Of a stretch of 64,000 bases of DNA, positions 59,845 through 64,000 are shown in pieces. This DNA comes from Shigella phage SGF2. The DNA lies in sequence record MN148435. The stretch is one strand, 5' to 3'. Position numbers and translations under genes: made by a program. Position 1 is the first letter of the stretch; each line of letters starts with the position of its first letter. A model generated the notes under the pieces. That model was not told the origin of the DNA and did no database searches. It saw nothing but the letters and a program-made list of their open reading frames with translations.

Positions 59845-60068
59845 TTTCTCAATCCCAGCTTTCTTAAGATACGGCCTAACGTTGTTTCTTGCGTGATAAT
59901 ATAGCTGATTGCTTCACGTTCCAATGTTTCAATCTTCATTGGTGACGGATACCATTCACCGGTAATAACACATTTACATTCAACGCCATACTTTTTAGAT
60001 AGGCGGTAATGTTGACCGTTGACAAGATTCCTATAAATAGTGGTATGCGTAATTAACATGATCATCAC
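59841..60068 (-). CDS. hypothetical protein
   Basis: 75-aa ORF. Confidence 0.3.
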   Translation of the reverse strand: MMIMLITHTTIYRNLVNGQHYRLSKKYGVECKCVITGEWYPSPMKIETLEREAISYIITQETTLGRILRKLGLRK

Positions 60069-60111
60069 CTTTGATTAAATTCTTTGATTAATGCACTGAA
60101 TCAATGCACTG

Positions 60112-60148
60112 ATAAAAGAAAAGGCGCTACCCGTTAAGATAGCGCCTT
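60112..60148 (-). terminator. rho-independent terminator (minus strand)
   Basis: minus-strand AGGCGCTA-loop-TAGCGCCTT then TTCTTTTATC, after stop of 60171-61079. Confidence 0.45.
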
Positions 60149-60170
60149 ATGTTTATTCAAATTGTCTTAC

Positions 60171-61079
60171 TTATGCCGCCTGACGTGCCGCCATAATTTC
60201 AGCCGCTTTACGCAATACTTCTTCCTCTTCTGCTTTCGCCGCTTGTTCGGTACGGGTAGCAACCGTTGAAGAGATACGACCGCGCAGACTTTCTAACTTC
60301 TCCTGCATAGCTGCAACAGTCTTTTCCATTTCATCAGCGTATGAATCGAGTGATTCTAATTCCTTGCTTGATGCGTTCATCAGATAATCATCCGAGATCG
60401 CTACCGTCGAGGCCGTGATTTTCTTGATGAGTGAATCAAAGGACTTTTTAACCTTCCCAACTTCTTCACTCAGGGCGATAGTGTTATCGCTGGTTGCGCC
60501 GTTGCGCTCATCAGCCAGTAATTTGGCTTCAATACGGATTGCATTCAAGCGTTCAACCAAAGCGTAAATATCCTGATTAAAATCTTCCTTGTTTTTCGCC
60601 GGAATTTGCAGGTGTGCCGCCACGTTGTCATTGCAACCTTTGTAGAAGTTAGGATTATCCACTTCAATTGCACGACCTAATGCAAAGTTTTCGAAAGCGT
60701 TTGACCAGCGAGCGCGGTTTTGTTCCATTTTGGCCTTAATTTGCGCTTCTTTCGCATCTTCTTTAGCTTTCGCCTCACCTTCCAGATTAATCCACTTTTT
60801 ACGACCATTTGCCGCATCGGTGTTAAACTTGATAGGAGTTAAGAAAGTAATCGCGGTGGCAATAACATCCATATCGCGGAAACGTTCGGTTAACAGGAAG
60901 TCAACCGCCGCCTGCAATACGTCCAGCTTTTTACCGTTACTGCGGAAGTGCTGTAAGTGCCCTAACAGGAAGTTAGAAACATCTTGTTTGATCGCCGCGT
61001 TATTGCTACGAATGTTGTTAGCCAGTGCGTTAAAACCAGATTCGTTAACCAGAGTAAAAACTTTAGCCATGATATTCAC
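60171..61079 (-). CDS. hypothetical helical protein (first gene downstream of large non-coding region)
   Basis: 302-aa ORF; coiled-coil-rich C-terminal half. Confidence 0.4.
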   Translation of the reverse strand: MNIMAKVFTLVNESGFNALANNIRSNNAAIKQDVSNFLLGHLQHFRSNGKKLDVLQAAVDFLLTERFRDMDVIATAITFLTPIKFNTDAANGRKKWINLEGEAKAKEDAKEAQIKAKMEQNRARWSNAFENFALGRAIEVDNPNFYKGCNDNVAAHLQIPAKNKEDFNQDIYALVERLNAIRIEAKLLADERNGATSDNTIALSEEVGKVKKSFDSLIKKITASTVAISDDYLMNASSKELESLDSYADEMEKTVAAMQEKLESLRGRISSTVATRTEQAAKAEEEEVLRKAAEIMAARQAA

Positions 61080-62858
61080 CTTTCAATTGTAAGGGCACTA
61101 TGCCCCGCTCTCTATGAGCTTGTTTAAGTCACTATTAACTTATCTCTAACCACTCACTTTTTTAAGTAGTTACAGGTAAGCGAGGCGGTCTTATCAGGAG
61201 TTAACCTTGCCGCCTCCTTATCCGTGATGTTTCATCTGGTATCTTTAATTAGTCGCTATAAACGAAGCCGACCTGATAGCGATGATCAATCATCACAATA
61301 AGGCAGTGCGTCCGACTCTAATTAGTTACGTTTATTGTAACCGTCGGCAATATCGTCTACTTTGCTTTCGCTCTCGCCTATCCTTTTGTATCAACTCTCA
61401 ATCACTAGCCATCGCCCACAACGGGATGCTATTGTGAAAGAGTCATTGACCGTCTAATGTTCTGACGTTTTATATCTTTCGGCAAGTTTACTACATAAAC
61501 CGACTATGTACTTTCATCTTGTGATGAATCTCAAGCCGTTCACATCGTAAACGTTCACACTAAACCTTATTGTTAAATAGCAATTTGCCACTTTTTAACC
61601 GCTCCCCGCCGCCCTCAATTGGGCGTTAATTTGTCGGACTTGCCTACCCTGATTAACTTCTTTCACTGTAGCACCATGTTAGCGATGACCGCCGCTACCC
61701 TTAACCGTGGGCGATTAGCTTAAGTCTTTGCGTGTACTCAATGAATCCGTCTATCAGTGGTGACGTTTCCAGTAAGGGAATGTAAGGCTGTTTTCTCTGA
61801 TAGTTTAGAGAGTCTTACACCGTTTTATCTGGTATGCTTTCCGATGGTTATTATCATCAAGCATATTCAACCGATATAGGAGAACGTTTAAATTATTAAA
61901 GAGCGGTAAATCTATCAGTGTACTTTCTCACACTATGCAACTGTTAGCCGTTGTTACGCTTTTCACTGAAGCGATGATTTGCTTAGTGAGTGCTCATTAT
62001 GAATCATGTTGTTTTCGCTGTCAACCGCTTTTTAATCTTTTTCGTCGTTCCCGCTATTGGGAGGATATATCAATCAGCTTTATTTGATTGAAGATTAAGC
62101 GGTGAGGCTTAACTTATGACTCATATTGTTAAAGAGCGTTTAGCCTTTTAAAGTGTCTGCTAATCACTGTCACATTGAAGGCTTACTGATTCATTAACAG
62201 GACGCCTAACCCTGAACTACTCGCCGCACTATGTGCCACCTTTCCCGCGATACGTTGACTTGGGAACTAGTTAACGTTGTTTTGTTAACTTGTGGTTAGT
62301 ATGGACTACCTTAACCACGTTTGCAACTCTTTTTTATCATCTTCTTTTAATTCCTTTCCCTTATCTCGCTTGAATCTTTGCGAAAGGGCAAGATGATAAG
62401 TTTTTAAAGAGCGGAGATATTTTAAGTCATCGCTGACTATGCTCACTATATATCAGGCTTTTTCTGGTGTCAATACTCTTTTTAAGTATTTTCACTTTCT
62501 AGCCTGATTTTTAAAGAGCGGGGCAAGTTTCCTTGCCTTGTATGTTTTTCATCGTACCCGATGAATTGAAGTATACGCCAACCAATGTGTAATGCAATAG
62601 GGTAAAGCAAATTATTTTAAACTTTTTCATAGTGGGATAGGTAAAAGAACGCGCACGCGTGATACATCATAGAAAATAGCTTGTAAAGCATTATTTAACG
62701 GCCTGTAACGCATCACAACGAGCTAAAGGAGGGTAAGGAATACAATCACCTTAGAAATGAGAAAAGCCTCACTAGGAGGCTTACAGGAAGGATTTAAAGC
62801 AACAGATACAGTAGGACCATAGGCATGACTACGGCACAATATAGGAGAAAGATTAAGC
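61080..62858. promoter_or_regulatory. 1.8-kb ORF-free repeat-bearing region (candidate early promoter cluster / origin / terminal region)
   Basis: no ORF of 60 aa or more in six frames; four copies of TTAAAGAGCG at 61896, 62129, 62404, 62511; duplicated TTT(C/T)ATCTGGTAT(C/G)CTTT at ~61226 and ~61820; CACTATA-like elements. Confidence 0.4.
62753..62782 (-). terminator. rho-independent terminator (minus strand)
   Basis: minus-strand AAGCCTCC-TAGT-GAGGCTT then TTTCTCATTTC, after 62859-63230. Confidence 0.45.
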
Positions 62859-63230
62859 CTATGGATTTACACATTGACCTAAACCGGATTCTACTTCATT
62901 CATAGACTCGTCAAAGAGCGTCAACGACGAGCGCATCAAGTGATCGACCGTGATTTGTTTACCAGTGGTTTCATTCACTAGCTGAATAGTTTTATCGTAT
63001 GATTGTACATGATCGAAATCATTTACATGTAAAATAATAACTTTAGGTGACTTTTTACCAGTTTCATAGTTTTCTATCAAATAGGTGCACTGTAAACCGT
63101 CAACCGTAGCAGGGGAGAACGTTGCAGCCTTTACACTACCCATAGCCGATAGCAGGACACCTAACAGGAGAACAACCAGAAAGAAGCCTACAACCGTTTT
63201 AACGACGAATTTAATAAACCACATAGCCAA
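62859..63230 (-). CDS. membrane-anchored protein
   Basis: N-terminal TMD FVVKTVVGFFLVVLLLGVLLSAMG. Confidence 0.35.
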   Translation of the reverse strand: MAMWFIKFVVKTVVGFFLVVLLLGVLLSAMGSVKAATFSPATVDGLQCTYLIENYETGKKSPKVIILHVNDFDHVQSYDKTIQLVNETTGKQITVDHLMRSSLTLFDESMNEVESGLGQCVNP

Positions 63231-63414
63231 TCAACCTTTAATAATGAGATTAATAACATCGAGAGCGGCAACAATCAGTAAATAATTTAAAGAAATGAAG
63301 CCCGCGACAAACAAAAACAAAAACAGCACATCCAGACCTTAGAAAACGTAAGAATACAGCATATCAGTAATGAACAGCAGGAAGGTCGCACCAAACAAGC
63401 AACGCCAAAAATAA

Positions 63415-63696
63415 TCATTCTTCTTCATTGCTACCCTCGCCAAAAAATGCTACGCTAATCTGTTCCACTTCTTCCAGCGACAGGAGAATCCCGCGTTGGG
63501 CTAAATACTTCCCAACAGTTAGATAATCTTGCACTAAACAGACAATAGGAAAGCGTATATTTTGAATCTCACCTTTGGAAAGAAAAGACAAATATCCAAC
63601 GTCGATTGATTCATCAAAGGACAATGTAACGCCACCGTAATTATGCGTATCAATTAACGCAATAGTTTCATTTCCCATAACGTTTCCAATCCTCAT
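63415..63696 (-). CDS. hypothetical protein
   Basis: 93-aa ORF; exact start uncertain. Confidence 0.3.
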   Translation of the reverse strand: MRIGNVMGNETIALIDTHNYGGVTLSFDESIDVGYLSFLSKGEIQNIRFPIVCLVQDYLTVGKYLAQRGILLSLEEVEQISVAFFGEGSNEEE

Positions 63697-63898
63697 AATG
63701 ATTAACTAGTGCCTGATAATCATCAGATGATAACTCACCGCCTAAATAGGCAACGGTTATGCGTGCTTTGTATTCTGACAAACTGCATAGCGCGGGAGCG
63801 GGTAACCTGCTTTCGCCATAACATCCTAGCACTTCAACGATACAACCGTTTAAAGATACTGATTTATTAATCACGATACGGTTAGCCATTAATATCAT
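63668..63898 (-). CDS. hypothetical protein
   Basis: 76-aa ORF with CxxC pairs. Confidence 0.3.
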   Translation of the reverse strand: MILMANRIVINKSVSLNGCIVEVLGCYGESRLPAPALCSLSEYKARITVAYLGGELSSDDYQALVNHYEDWKRYGK

Positions 63899-64000
63899 CC
63901 TTAATCAGTCCATGATTGAGCAGGTTAGCCAGTGACAAGTCACCGTCAATATAGATTGATTTGAAATCTTCACGGGTAATTTCGAAATCAGCAAAGGCTA
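63882..64000 (-). CDS. hypothetical protein, 3' end only (continues beyond window)
   Basis: open frame from window edge ending ...GLIKDDING at TAA 63882-63884. Confidence 0.25.
   Translation of the reverse strand, partial: AFADFEITREDFKSIYIDGDLSLANLLNHGLIKDDING

Noticed and set aside
61080-62858. Possible CRISPR array in the ORF-free region
   Set aside because: Repeats are short (10-17 nt), irregularly spaced (233, 275, 107 bp) and not separated by uniform spacers

Overview
This window reads as most of a lytic tailed-phage (Caudoviricetes) genome with two convergent transcription blocks that meet at a bidirectional terminator near 19.8 kb. Plus strand, 1-19.8 kb: late virion module (two tail fibres, one with a C-terminal S74-type intramolecular chaperone; GH24 lysozyme; Ig-like structural protein; lytic transglycosylase; Q/N-rich paralogues; a ~1470-aa coiled-coil internal protein). 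Minus strand, 20-64 kb: early/middle module with nucleotide metabolism and replication genes (flap endonuclease, dNMP kinase-like, SSB, PhoH, ThyX, thioredoxin, dCTP deaminase, T7 gp4-like primase-helicase, and a family A DNA polymerase split into separate exonuclease and polymerase genes about 8.8 kb apart), a phage sigma factor, a macro-domain protein, an overlapping spanin pair, two HNH endonucleases and one tRNA-Arg(UCU). The most unusual content is (i) a co-directional cluster of gamma-glutamyl cyclotransferase-like, ATP-grasp, class-II amidotransferase and GS-like amidoligase genes at 41-48.5 kb, a candidate covalent-modification system of unknown product; (ii) an array of about nine small paralogous proteins at 51.4-57.4 kb with repeated non-coding elements; and (iii) a 1.8-kb ORF-free, repeat-bearing region at 61.1-62.9 kb. 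All calls rest on motif recognition by eye; no database search was run. A sigma-encoding podophage of the phiEco32 type is a tentative resemblance only.
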